A stretch of 55,578 nt of DNA from a virus (taxonomy: Duplodnaviria > Caudoviricetes). The stretch covers positions 1-55,578 of the IMG/VR virus record IMGVR_UViG_3300031951_000197, one strand, 5' to 3'. The translations under genes were made by a program, and so were the position numbers. A model generated the notes under the pieces. The model was given only the letters and a program-made list of their open reading frames with translations. It ran no database searches and was not told where the DNA came from. Shown here in pieces: positions 1 to 8,281 of the stretch (positions are counted from its first letter, which is position 1; the number at the start of each line of letters is the position of its first letter).

Positions 1-495
1 CTCCATTCGCAAGCGACCCTCGGCGAGATAGCAGTCGGTCAAGAATCCGTCTGCCCCAATGACGACGATCTGATCGGTCTCCAGCACTCGACCTCGTTCC
101 TTGATCTCGTGCCAAATGCGAGGCTGATTCGGGCTCGCCCCTGCCTCGAAGTCGCCTTTGAGATCGTTCGGTATCGCTCGCATTGTTGCCTGAGCCCATA
201 GTGACAGCGCAACCGTTCCCTCGGGGAGTTTCGTCATCGCTTCGGTGATGAGTTCGTAAGGGTCTCCGCCCTCACCGATCATTTCGACCGCTTGGCTCCT
301 GCCGACAATGGCGAATAGTCGCACGATCGGCTCGCCCTCTCGGGGCTCAAGTGTTGGCTGTCCTTCCTCGTCTGCGCCGAGTAGTCCGATCTCCGAGATA
401 TCGCTCGGCTCGATCTCGTTGGTCGGGTAGTTCTTGCCGTACACGAGCGAGAAGTGATCTCGCATTAGTTCGGCGATCTTTCGCACTTGTCTCAT
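1..495 (-). CDS. Hypothetical protein, runs off the window edge (MRQVRKIAELMRDHFS...)
   Basis: Open frame from ATG at 495 to base 1, AAGGAGA SD, ATGA overlap with the upstream gene. Not in the ORF track because it has no stop in the window. Confidence 0.75.
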   Translation of the reverse strand, partial: MRQVRKIAELMRDHFSLVYGKNYPTNEIEPSDISEIGLLGADEEGQPTLEPREGEPIVRLFAIVGRSQAVEMIGEGGDPYELITEAMTKLPEGTVALSLWAQATMRAIPNDLKGDFEAGASPNQPRIWHEIKERGRVLETDQIVVIGADGFLTDCYLAEGRLRME

Positions 496-689
496 TGTTG
501 TTTCTCCTTGTTGGTGTGTTGGTGAGGACTCTCGCCCTCGGTGTCCGACTCTAGATCAGAGTCGGGGTCTTGTGGTGTTTTCTTGTTGGGCTTCGTTGGT
601 GGGTCTCTCACGATCTCGACTGCGAACACGGAGAGCCCGAGCAGTAGCCATTGACCGACATCGGCGAGGAACTTTCGTAGGGCTGACAT
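492..689 (-). CDS. Small hypothetical membrane protein
   Basis: 65 aa with an N-terminal hydrophobic stretch; tightly packed in the operon with a GGAG SD. Confidence 0.6.
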   Translation of the reverse strand: MSALRKFLADVGQWLLLGLSVFAVEIVRDPPTKPNKKTPQDPDSDLESDTEGESPHQHTNKEKQQ

Positions 690-690
690 C

Positions 691-2073
691 TCAGTCTCCC
701 TGAAAGTAGTAGGGCTCGGCGGTCTTAGGCGTTGCGCCCCGACCGAGTGCCTTCAGTAGTCGTACTGCGTCGGCGGTGTTGTGAGCGTAGAGCCCTCGCT
801 CGCTTGCGATGATCTTGCGACAGTCGTCTCTGAGTGCCGAGAATGAGGCTCGGGTATGAGTGCAAACTCCACCGTCAGTCACCCAAATAAAAGGCTCGCC
901 TTTTCGGTGGTGCTTCGCCCCTATCCGTAGTGCCTCGCCATCGACTCCGTTACCTGCGCCGTGTCTCAATGTCTCGGGTACTTCACGCACTCGGCGAGTA
1001 CCGTCTGCGAGATACCTGATCTCGCCGAGACCGCCTCGCTCCGTGTATCCGAGCACGACCGCACCGCCAGCCGTTGTCAGTATCGCCTCGATGTCTCGCT
1101 CGGTGAGGCTCATTGACCCCGAGCAGTCGATCACGACAACACCACCACGACCTCGCTTGCGCCTTCGGAATATCCGAGAGTCGGGGTCGGTGATCTCTCG
1201 TGAGACTTGCCCGACCGCCGAGCCCCGGGGGCTGGCCGCCCAACTGCGACCGAGTGACCCTGAAGGGTGCTTAGATCGCTCGTCTATCGGGAATAGTTGG
1301 TACTTGTCCCATAGTCCGTTGTCGCCTTGTTGCTTCTCGGGAAGTTCGGGCTTCTCGTTTGACTCTCGGGACTCTCGGGACTTTGCCTCGGCGAGTTTCT
1401 GCTGTGTCTTTTGGTCAATGAGAGCGAGTGATAATGCGGTATCGAGTAGTAGGTCAGCACCGACCCTCATTGTCTCGGTGTCGCTGATGTCCATTCGCTC
1501 ATCGGATAGGAGCAACGCTCGCTGGTGTACTGCCCTTTCGATATTCCACTTGATCGTGCGCCGATGCTGAGCGATTACCTCGCCGAGTTTCGGGTGGTGT
1601 TTTCTGATCGTGCGATAAACGCCTGTCTCGCCTTTGGTGTTGAGTGATCTCGCCCATAGGTCGAATAAGACTGGGTGAGCCTTTTCTGCGCCGATCATTC
1701 CAACGAGAGCGCCGACTCTGCGAGAGTCAATGCTTCCGACTGTCTGATCGGCGAGGTCGTGCCGAGCGAGGAGACCTTGCGCCGTTACCACTCGTGCCAA
1801 CGGTAGGTGAGCGAGCACCTGATCTACTTGGTCGATATCGCAGTTCTCGCACCGAGTCCTGATCTCTGCGATGTCGTTTTCGTAGTCGAGTCGTGAGATC
1901 ATCATCGCTACAAGTCGGGTCGATCTGCCTCGTTCGTTGTCGTCAAACTCGGCGGTGACTTTCAGCCCTTGCCGATCGGCGGTTGGTGAGCCTGAGCCCA
2001 CCGACCACCGTTCGACCTTGCCGATCTCGGTCTGCCGTTGTGGTGGCAGTAGTTCGGGTCTCGGCTTCGTCAT
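691..2073 (-). CDS. vWA (MIDAS) domain protein, partner of the MoxR-type ATPase
   Basis: VVVIDCSGSMS (DxSxS) and WVTDG MIDAS motifs; coupled to the AAA gene by an ATGA overlap. Confidence 0.8.
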   Translation of the reverse strand: MTKPRPELLPPQRQTEIGKVERWSVGSGSPTADRQGLKVTAEFDDNERGRSTRLVAMMISRLDYENDIAEIRTRCENCDIDQVDQVLAHLPLARVVTAQGLLARHDLADQTVGSIDSRRVGALVGMIGAEKAHPVLFDLWARSLNTKGETGVYRTIRKHHPKLGEVIAQHRRTIKWNIERAVHQRALLLSDERMDISDTETMRVGADLLLDTALSLALIDQKTQQKLAEAKSRESRESNEKPELPEKQQGDNGLWDKYQLFPIDERSKHPSGSLGRSWAASPRGSAVGQVSREITDPDSRIFRRRKRGRGGVVVIDCSGSMSLTERDIEAILTTAGGAVVLGYTERGGLGEIRYLADGTRRVREVPETLRHGAGNGVDGEALRIGAKHHRKGEPFIWVTDGGVCTHTRASFSALRDDCRKIIASERGLYAHNTADAVRLLKALGRGATPKTAEPYYFQGD

Positions 2074-2807
2074 TGTGTCACCTGCGCCACTAGCAAGGCT
2101 TCGATGATCTCGTCTGCCATATTGCGAAACACCATACGAGCCGAGGACTCGATACCGAGTACTGGACTAATGCGAGCGAACTCTAAGAACGCTCTCAGGC
2201 TGGCTCGCTCGCCTTCGGGTCGGTCGCATAGTTGGCTCGCCATATGGCGCAAGTTCTCGGGCAGTCGGTCGAGTGCGTCAGGGTGAGGCGTGTCAATGCG
2301 AATGGCGATCGGGAAGCGGTCAAGCAGAGCCTCGGGCAAGTCTCGCAAGTCCTCGACATTGGTTGTCGCTACTGCCGAGAAGCCGACACTCGGCGTCAGT
2401 ATCTCGCCTGTGTCATCGTTGCGCCATTGAGCCGACTCGGGACTATCGAGCAGGTTGAGCAGAGTACCGAGGACATCGCCTGAAGCCTTGTCGATCTCAT
2501 CGACCACGAGCCGAGCGCCTTCACGCCACGCCAAAATGCCGAGCCCTTCGTGGTAGGCGTAGCCGTCTTTGACTCGCTTCCAAAATCCCGTGAGCCGTTC
2601 ATCGGTCATGTCTGAAGTGCAAGTGAGGCGGTAGGCGTTGCGGTTGTTAGTGCCGTATTTGATACCTGCGGTGGTCTTGCCAGTACCCGGTACTCCGTAG
2701 AGCAGGACTCGATCTGAGCCAGCCCTAAGAGCGTCGTGGAAGTTCCGCCAACAGTCGGGCATATGCCGACCTTCGGTGGTGGTGGTGGTTGTGGTTGTTG
2801 TGTTCAT
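2070..2807 (-). CDS. MoxR/CbbQ/CobS-like AAA+ ATPase
   Basis: Walker A GVPGTGKT, Walker B LVVDEID, sensor ATTN, ALLDRF arginine finger. Start placed at ATG 2807. Confidence 0.85.
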   Translation of the reverse strand: MNTTTTTTTTTEGRHMPDCWRNFHDALRAGSDRVLLYGVPGTGKTTAGIKYGTNNRNAYRLTCTSDMTDERLTGFWKRVKDGYAYHEGLGILAWREGARLVVDEIDKASGDVLGTLLNLLDSPESAQWRNDDTGEILTPSVGFSAVATTNVEDLRDLPEALLDRFPIAIRIDTPHPDALDRLPENLRHMASQLCDRPEGERASLRAFLEFARISPVLGIESSARMVFRNMADEIIEALLVAQVTQ

Positions 2808-2856
2808 TGTTGCCTTTCCCCGATCGCCTTTCGATCGGTGGTCAAGCAAAACTAGC

Positions 2857-2873
2857 GAACGGTCTAACCGTTC
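2857..2873. promoter_or_regulatory. Palindrome GAACGGT-CTA-ACCGTTC upstream of the AAA/vWA operon (possible operator)
   Basis: Perfect 7-bp inverted repeat about 50 bp upstream of the ATPase start. Confidence 0.4.
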
Positions 2874-3012
2874 ACAACCTCGGCACTTTTATTTTCTCGG
2901 CGTTGTTTTCTTGTGTAATCGGCGGTATCCTCGCCGACCCTTTGGGGGCAACCCGATGTCATTTTTTTTTTGCGCGAGCCCCCGCAAGGACTCCGCTTCA
3001 TTTGTCGGTAGC

Positions 3013-3186
3013 TTATCGGTAGCGCCACTCCCAGCCCACTTGTCGGTAGTGCTGAAAGACGTATTGCTCCATTGCTTTATTGGTAGTGTTGTACTTGGAA
3101 GCAATTCCTTTATACGACATCCCACTGTTCAGCTCTTTGTGGATTACTTCTCTTAGCCCTGCCGGCACTTCGGTTTTTTTTGCCAT
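3013..3186 (-). CDS. 57-aa putative HTH DNA-binding protein (MAKKTEVPAGLREVIHKELNSGMSYKGIASKYNTT...)
   Basis: Manual translation; AGGA SD; GMSYKGIASKY resembles an HTH helix-turn. Confidence 0.55.
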   Translation of the reverse strand: MAKKTEVPAGLREVIHKELNSGMSYKGIASKYNTTNKAMEQYVFQHYRQVGWEWRYR

Positions 3187-3254
3187 GTCTTTTCCTGTCT
3201 AGGTACAGCGTGACCCATAAGTTTATGGCACCGATTGACCAACCGATTATGTAT

Positions 3255-3392
3255 TTAATCACGCAGGTTTTCTATCTGTGCCCACTTCTTGTATGCGCGT
3301 TTGTCGCTCCACCTTCGGGAGGCCACGGCGATAACTGCGAGCATGTAGTTGGCCAAGCACACTGCTACTACGGTTTCAAAAAAATGGCTCAT
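3255..3392 (-). CDS. 45-aa membrane protein
   Basis: Manual translation MSHFFETVVAVCLANYMLAVIAVAS...; ATGA overlap with the upstream gene. Confidence 0.5.
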   Translation of the reverse strand: MSHFFETVVAVCLANYMLAVIAVASRRWSDKRAYKKWAQIENLRD

Positions 3393-3577
3393 TGCATTCC
3401 TTTTCTAATTGTCACGATTGACATTGCCATTTGTTGGCAACTGATAACTGTCTCGGCTTCAAGTCCTTCGCTTGCTGCCATGAGTTTGTCAAGTGTTTCT
3501 TCGGTTACGTCTTCGTCTGCCAGGATGGTTTCTACCAGCATGTCGATGAAGACTTTCTCTTGGTTAATTGTTGTCAT
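3389..3577 (-). CDS. Hypothetical acidic protein
   Basis: 62-aa ORF with a strong AGGAGG SD. Confidence 0.7.
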   Translation of the reverse strand: MTTINQEKVFIDMLVETILADEDVTEETLDKLMAASEGLEAETVISCQQMAMSIVTIRKGMQ

Positions 3578-3704
3578 TGCTTTCCTCCTTGAGTTCTATC
3601 ACTCTGTTTGCTCGCTTCTTGCAGGCATGTGTCGGGGGCTCTACTGGGCGTATGTAAAGAGTTATCTTTGCACCGCAAGCCTGACATTTCCATACCTGTT
3701 TCAT
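3564..3704 (-). CDS. 46-aa Zn-ribbon-like protein (WKCQACG...THAC)
   Basis: Manual translation; homologue at 42968-43108. Confidence 0.7.
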   Translation of the reverse strand: MKQVWKCQACGAKITLYIRPVEPPTHACKKRANRVIELKEESNDNN

Positions 3705-4030
3705 CGCTGCCTTTCAAACTTACCGCTGACCGGATTGAATACCAACGTTGCAGCTTTACGCCTATCGCTGAGTATCCGATTGCGTTCTGCCGGAGTCAAC
3801 CCACCCCACACACCGAAGCGTTCCTCGTTGTTGAGAGCAAACTCCAGGCATCGTTCACGCACGTCGCACTTAGCACAGAACTCGTTGACCGCATAGTTCT
3901 TGCGCTTGCTTTGTCCTGCTTCAAAGTAGAACAATTCTGGCGAACTACCAAGGCAGTAAGCGTCATCTCTCCATGTCATGTCGGCATCTTTCAATGCCCA
4001 CAGATCATCGTCCCATGCTGAGTCTTTCAT
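3701..4030 (-). CDS. whiB: WhiB-family Fe-S transcription regulator
   Basis: Four-Cys pattern C...CxxC-x5-C and GVWGG motif followed by T.AER. Confidence 0.92.
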   Translation of the reverse strand: MKDSAWDDDLWALKDADMTWRDDAYCLGSSPELFYFEAGQSKRKNYAVNEFCAKCDVRERCLEFALNNEERFGVWGGLTPAERNRILSDRRKAATLVFNPVSGKFERQR

Positions 4031-4278
4031 TTGACATCATAGAAAGGTTCAGCTCGCCATTGTGAAGGCGTGTGGTTCTTGGCTATGTCTTGTTGGTGTG
4101 CTTTGTCTTCCATGAGCCGCACTATAGGTATACACGGATCAGAACCGTCATAAAAGTCCTCTTCTTCTTGTGCTGTCATGGGTAAACCATCGTGTGTTTC
4201 GCATACCGGCGGACCACAGAATCCTCTCTCAAGACCGTAACGAATCCAATCGTCATAGCCCATTGGTTCCTTGCTCAT
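4027..4278 (-). CDS. Conserved phage protein (GxCGPxVCxTHDG)
   Basis: Close homologue at 41741-41968; ATGA overlap supports a start at 4278. Confidence 0.8.
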   Translation of the reverse strand: MSKEPMGYDDWIRYGLERGFCGPPVCETHDGLPMTAQEEEDFYDGSDPCIPIVRLMEDKAHQQDIAKNHTPSQWRAEPFYDVK

Positions 4279-4832
4279 TTGTGTACCTCGTATTCGACTG
4301 GCCACGCATAACGTAGGCAGTTGTTGTTTGATAAGCCAGCTGGTGGTACGAACACACCTCGCTCGCTGTCAAACCAACCGTACAATGATTTACGTATGAA
4401 CACAACCTTCTGTTGATCGTACGTTGCTTCGTTCGCCCAGAACGTGCCAGATAATTCACGTCCACCGTAGTACTCGAATGTTCCTGAGCCATTGCTCGTT
4501 GTCCAGTTACCGAATGCACCTCGGAATGTTGCGCCCTCACCATAAGACACACTTGCACGACCTACGTGTTGCGGGTCCTGGCCCGTTTCGCACTGCGCTA
4601 CATCGTTCATGAAGCGTTGAGTAAAGATAACTTTGCCCTTGAACTCTGAGTAAGGGTCTAACGCATCAGTGGCCGCTCGCATCTGACCTAGTGCTTCGTC
4701 CCACCGGTGTTCGTATAACACATCAGCGGCGAATACCGGGGGCGATCCGGTGAAAGCAGAGGGGGCCAGCGCTTCCGCTGACCCCCCACTTGCTACACAC
4801 ACAACAACACACAAAAGAGTTGCTAGTCGCAT
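4275..4832 (-). CDS. Secreted Rpf-like (resuscitation-promoting factor) lytic transglycosylase
   Basis: Signal peptide ending A-E-A. VAQCETG...TFEYYGG...ATYDQQ aligns by eye to the Rpf pattern AQCESGG...TWxxYGG...ATREQQ. Confidence 0.7.
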   Translation of the reverse strand: MRLATLLCVVVCVASGGSAEALAPSAFTGSPPVFAADVLYEHRWDEALGQMRAATDALDPYSEFKGKVIFTQRFMNDVAQCETGQDPQHVGRASVSYGEGATFRGAFGNWTTSNGSGTFEYYGGRELSGTFWANEATYDQQKVVFIRKSLYGWFDSERGVFVPPAGLSNNNCLRYAWPVEYEVHK

Positions 4833-4894
4833 CTTGTCTCCGTTTCTGTTGGGACCCGTAGGTCTTGCCTTGTCGGTTCCAGTCTGCGACTGGC

Positions 4895-5293
4895 TTAAAA
4901 GGGCTCCTCTTCAGCGCCCTCGAAGAATGTCTGCTGGAATGCTTGCACTCCAGAGCTGACCGCTTCTGCACCAACGCTAGCACAGTCCCACCGCAATGAC
5001 AACCCGCAGTTGTCGACGATGATCTGCACCTTTTCTGCCTTGGTTCCATCTTTCTTGTCGTACTTGCGCTTCTCAAGACGACCAACGACTATGACCTCGT
5101 TGCCTTTTGCAATGCTGCCTGCAATGTTCTCGGCGAGTTTGTCGAAAGCAACACAGTCATGCCATGTTGTTTCTTTCTCGTCCTTGACCTTGCGATTTGT
5201 GGCAACCGAAAAGGTGCACACTGCCATGCCATTATTTGTGAACTTGAGTTCGGGGTTCTGTCCGGCCTTGCCCACAATGCTGATCTGATTCAT
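4895..5293 (-). CDS. ssb: Single-stranded DNA-binding protein
   Basis: Typical OB-fold SSB sequence with acidic C-terminal EEEPF. Confidence 0.95.
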   Translation of the reverse strand: MNQISIVGKAGQNPELKFTNNGMAVCTFSVATNRKVKDEKETTWHDCVAFDKLAENIAGSIAKGNEVIVVGRLEKRKYDKKDGTKAEKVQIIVDNCGLSLRWDCASVGAEAVSSGVQAFQQTFFEGAEEEPF

Positions 5294-5652
5294 TTGCTCT
5301 CCTTGTTTATTGCTGCACCGTATCCGGCTTCACGCAGCAAGGTGATTAACTGCTCCAACTCCATTACGGCGTAGGACTTAAGTGCGTCGCCTTTACCTCG
5401 ACGCTTGACTACAAGTATGCCGTGCTCGGCAACCGCATTCAAACGTTCTTGTTCTGTTTCGGTTAGCCACTCTGACAACTTCATTTCTTTATGGTTCTTG
5501 CATTCCCAAACAAGCGGGCCAGTGCCGGTGATGTCACCTTTGTCATTGGTGCCATGCAGGGCTCGGCGCTCAGCGTATGGAAACCCATTTGCTTTGAGCA
5601 CCTCGACCACCTGCGTTTCAAACGCTGTCCCCTTCTGTCTGTTCTTCGACAA
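5290..5652 (-). CDS. Holliday junction resolvase-like PD-(D/E)xK nuclease
   Basis: KGTAFE...DKGDI...ECKN motifs; homologue at 44239-44574; probable TTG start. Confidence 0.8.
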   Translation of the reverse strand: MSKNRQKGTAFETQVVEVLKANGFPYAERRALHGTNDKGDITGTGPLVWECKNHKEMKLSEWLTETEQERLNAVAEHGILVVKRRGKGDALKSYAVMELEQLITLLREAGYGAAINKESK

Positions 5653-5830
5653 GGCCAATCCTTTCTGCTTCCTCCGCAATCAGTGAGCGCAAGGTATACG
5701 ACACACTCTTGTCACGCTGTTTAGCAATCGTCAGGATTGTTGTTAGTTGTGACTCGGTAAGCCGAAGCGCCACCATCTCGGTGGTGCGCTCGACACCGTT
5801 AGGGTCAACGGTTCTACGCGCTGGCACCAC
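5618..5830 (-). CDS. Ribbon-helix-helix (CopG-like) DNA-binding protein
   Basis: VALRLT strand followed by two helices (AKQRDKSVSYTLRSLI). Confidence 0.6.
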   Translation of the reverse strand: MVPARRTVDPNGVERTTEMVALRLTESQLTTILTIAKQRDKSVSYTLRSLIAEEAERIGLVEEQTEGDSV

Positions 5831-6005
5831 GCACCGCCTCTCTGCCTATAACTGTCCCAATAGGGTGAATGAAAGAACTGAGACGGGCGACTTCTGCTCG
5901 CAAGCGTTCAATCTCATCAGCGGCTTGACCGTTGATATGCCATGAATCGCAATAATCGCAGTCCAACTTTGAATCCCGTAGTCGGGTCACAATGTCATCA
6001 CTCAT
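5814..6005 (-). CDS. Hypothetical phage protein (DIVTRLR...AADEIERLR)
   Basis: 63 aa; 96 nt identical to part of 36555-36833. Confidence 0.7.
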   Translation of the reverse strand: MSDDIVTRLRDSKLDCDYCDSWHINGQAADEIERLRAEVARLSSFIHPIGTVIGREAVRGASA

Positions 6006-6876
6006 CTTCTACCACCGCCACTTCCTCTGATACTTCCACTGCTGGTTCGTCATCTTGCTTTGTAGTTTTGCGAGGGCGACTTTTGACTTCAGCCGGGGTG
6101 ACCGGCTCGGCATAATCCTCCTCTTTCAACATGACGCTTTCAGGGCGTTGACGTTGTGCTCGCTTGAACTCCTCACGAAGCTGCGGCATGTCTGCCTCAC
6201 GCAGATTGTTGAGGTCAACCTTTGCAAAGTCAGCAATAATGAATGGGTCAAAGCCTTCCTTGAGGCAAGCCTGCTTGAAGCGCTCGACGTTCTCAGTGGA
6301 AACAAACTCGGCTGGACCAATTGCTGGTGTCTCAACGACAACTGCTTCCTGGATTGGTGCACCATCCTCGTCTGTGCGATCAGCGCCGAGTTCTTCTGCT
6401 GTGTATGCCACACCGAACAATGCTTCAGGGAATGCGTCACGAGCTACCTCTGTGATTGCACGTGCCTTGAGCATTGCATCGGGGTACTGCTTCCACACTG
6501 CTTTACCTGTGAGGTTTGCTGACCGTGCACGTTCCATGTCCCATACGGATTGGAATGTGTAGTCAGGATCATCCTTGCGGATCACCTCGGCGGTGGCGGT
6601 CATCGTCTTGCGGTCAAACTTGACACGGACGATGTGGCCCGCACGTCGACCAAGGCCAGCGATTAGCTGCGCTGATGCTGACGGCTTGCCGTCAATGACG
6701 TGGATTGATTGCACTGCTGTCATGGGGTGCACACCGATTGCGTCGGCGTACTCCATTGCAAACAGCAAGTTAGCTGGGTTCTTTTGGTATGCACGTGGTA
6801 ACAGGTTGGCGTTGGCTAGTGCGTTAGCCATTGCCATCTTGTCCTGCGCTGTGTGCTTGACGATGTTGCTCATCAC
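5998..6876 (-). CDS. RecT-like ssDNA-annealing protein
   Basis: LLPRAYQKNPANLL...IHVIDGKP...WKQYPDAMLKARA; lies directly downstream of the YqaJ exonuclease. Confidence 0.75.
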   Translation of the reverse strand: MMSNIVKHTAQDKMAMANALANANLLPRAYQKNPANLLFAMEYADAIGVHPMTAVQSIHVIDGKPSASAQLIAGLGRRAGHIVRVKFDRKTMTATAEVIRKDDPDYTFQSVWDMERARSANLTGKAVWKQYPDAMLKARAITEVARDAFPEALFGVAYTAEELGADRTDEDGAPIQEAVVVETPAIGPAEFVSTENVERFKQACLKEGFDPFIIADFAKVDLNNLREADMPQLREEFKRAQRQRPESVMLKEEDYAEPVTPAEVKSRPRKTTKQDDEPAVEVSEEVAVVEDE

Positions 6877-7817
6877 TTTCCTTTCAGTACACGCACGGTG
6901 CGGTACGGAGTTGTTGTCTTGTATTTGTTATACAGGGCCGGGTGCTCTGCTTCAAACTTCTTCCCATCAAATGTTGTGCGGTTCGCCGTCTTCCAAGAAA
7001 TCACCGGCTCACCGTTCATGGTGCCGTACTCAGCTTCGCCGAGCAACAAGCAGACCTGGGCTTTGAGGTCGTCCTCGATTTTGCCAAGCGACTTCTGTTG
7101 ATCCCTGACTGCTGCAAGTTCAGCAACGATCTCGACAATTGATTCAGGCAATTCCACGGTCTTACCATTACCAACCGGGTGTAACGCAGTTGCGTGTTTG
7201 TATTCTGGTTGTGCAATCTCGGGCAACATGCCCATGTCAATGTGTGCAAGAAAGCGGCGACATGCCTCGATGTGTTGCTGCTTCTCGTCACTGGTGACAA
7301 CCTGGGTGTAGCGCTGCATCTCTAGATCAGAGTCAAAGATGACCCACTCGATCTCGTCCTTGTTGGCGCAGATGGCCTGCTGTACGCCCTGCCAATACCA
7401 AGTACGTGAAAGCTGCCCTGTCCAGCGACGGTTGTACGTCTTCACCTCGATGGGTGTTCCGTTATGTGCACTGATTCCGTCAAGCGTTGCAATCAATCGC
7501 ACGTCATCTTCGTCGTAACAAAACATCTCATCGGGTGCGGTTACGTTGACGCCATTGATGTCGCCGTACCAATCCAACAGCAGTGGCTCAAGGCGGTTAC
7601 CTCGGTCCATCGCTGCCGTTGGAGTGGACGGGGCGGGCGGTGCGTCAGCGAGCAGCTCGAACGCAAGGTCAGCTGCCGAGGTGTACTGGTGTTCACCATG
7701 TACCGCAGCAGCAACGGAGGCGGAGATACGTGCTTCGCCTTGTTCATTCTTCCAACGCAGGTTCAGCCAGTCTTGACTGCCATGCGTTGGCTTCTGCACT
7801 GTGTAGTGCTTTCTCAT
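6873..7817 (-). CDS. YqaJ/lambda-exonuclease-like recombination nuclease
   Basis: W..R...ISAS, GNRLEP, ATLDG, EVKT and QGVQQ motifs. Confidence 0.9.
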   Translation of the reverse strand: MRKHYTVQKPTHGSQDWLNLRWKNEQGEARISASVAAAVHGEHQYTSAADLAFELLADAPPAPSTPTAAMDRGNRLEPLLLDWYGDINGVNVTAPDEMFCYDEDDVRLIATLDGISAHNGTPIEVKTYNRRWTGQLSRTWYWQGVQQAICANKDEIEWVIFDSDLEMQRYTQVVTSDEKQQHIEACRRFLAHIDMGMLPEIAQPEYKHATALHPVGNGKTVELPESIVEIVAELAAVRDQQKSLGKIEDDLKAQVCLLLGEAEYGTMNGEPVISWKTANRTTFDGKKFEAEHPALYNKYKTTTPYRTVRVLKGK

Positions 7818-7857
7818 GTTCCCTCCTTATGGGTTGTCTAACAGTATGTCGATTTAG

Positions 7858-8172
7858 TTATGGTACGACAACCGTGTCACACAGTTTTCTGGAGTTAGTT
7901 CCCAGATGCTGTATGCGCTTCACCATACTCAGAGGTATGTGAGCCACATTAGAGACGGTGTTGATGTCTTCCTCTGCGTCAATAATGAAACCGGACACAA
8001 GAGTTAGGTAGCCCTCAAGCGCCCCGGGCCACACAAAACCCAGGGACAAGCAGATGCAGGCTTCCGCTTCGTATTCAGCTACCTCTGTCCAGCCAGTGTC
8101 TCCATCGAAGGCGTCAATCCATGTGACGCTTACGAGTTCCCATTCACTTGTCGTCGTCGGTGCGGTCGTCAT
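7858..8172 (-). CDS. Conserved phage protein (VTWIDA...GW...IP)
   Basis: Homologue at 46450-46743 in the same context. Confidence 0.75.
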   Translation of the reverse strand: MTTAPTTTSEWELVSVTWIDAFDGDTGWTEVAEYEAEACICLSLGFVWPGALEGYLTLVSGFIIDAEEDINTVSNVAHIPLSMVKRIQHLGTNSRKLCDTVVVP

Positions 8173-8281
8173 AAGGGTTCCTGTCCGGTTCTCCTGATGA
8201 TCCACAGATAGCGCATTTGTGACCTTGTGAAGAAGGCCAGGAAGTATCACAGATTGGACAAATCAGCCAAGCCGTCGCCAT
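8144..8281 (-). CDS. 45-aa double-CxxC Zn-ribbon microprotein overlapping both neighbours
   Basis: MATAWLICPICDTSWPSSQGHKCAICG...; conserved at 46730-46864. Confidence 0.75.
   Translation of the reverse strand: MATAWLICPICDTSWPSSQGHKCAICGSSGEPDRNPYDDRTDDDK

Noticed and set aside
860-1570. Long plus-strand ORFs opposite real genes (e.g. 860-1570, 3180-3896, 11389-12153, 19883-20653, 28214-28825, 49762-50349)
   Set aside because: Antisense shadows of well-supported minus-strand genes, with no motifs or SD sequences.
2857-2873. LexA box upstream of the AAA gene
   Set aside because: The GAAC-GTTC spacing is 9 nt rather than 4; kept only as a generic palindrome.
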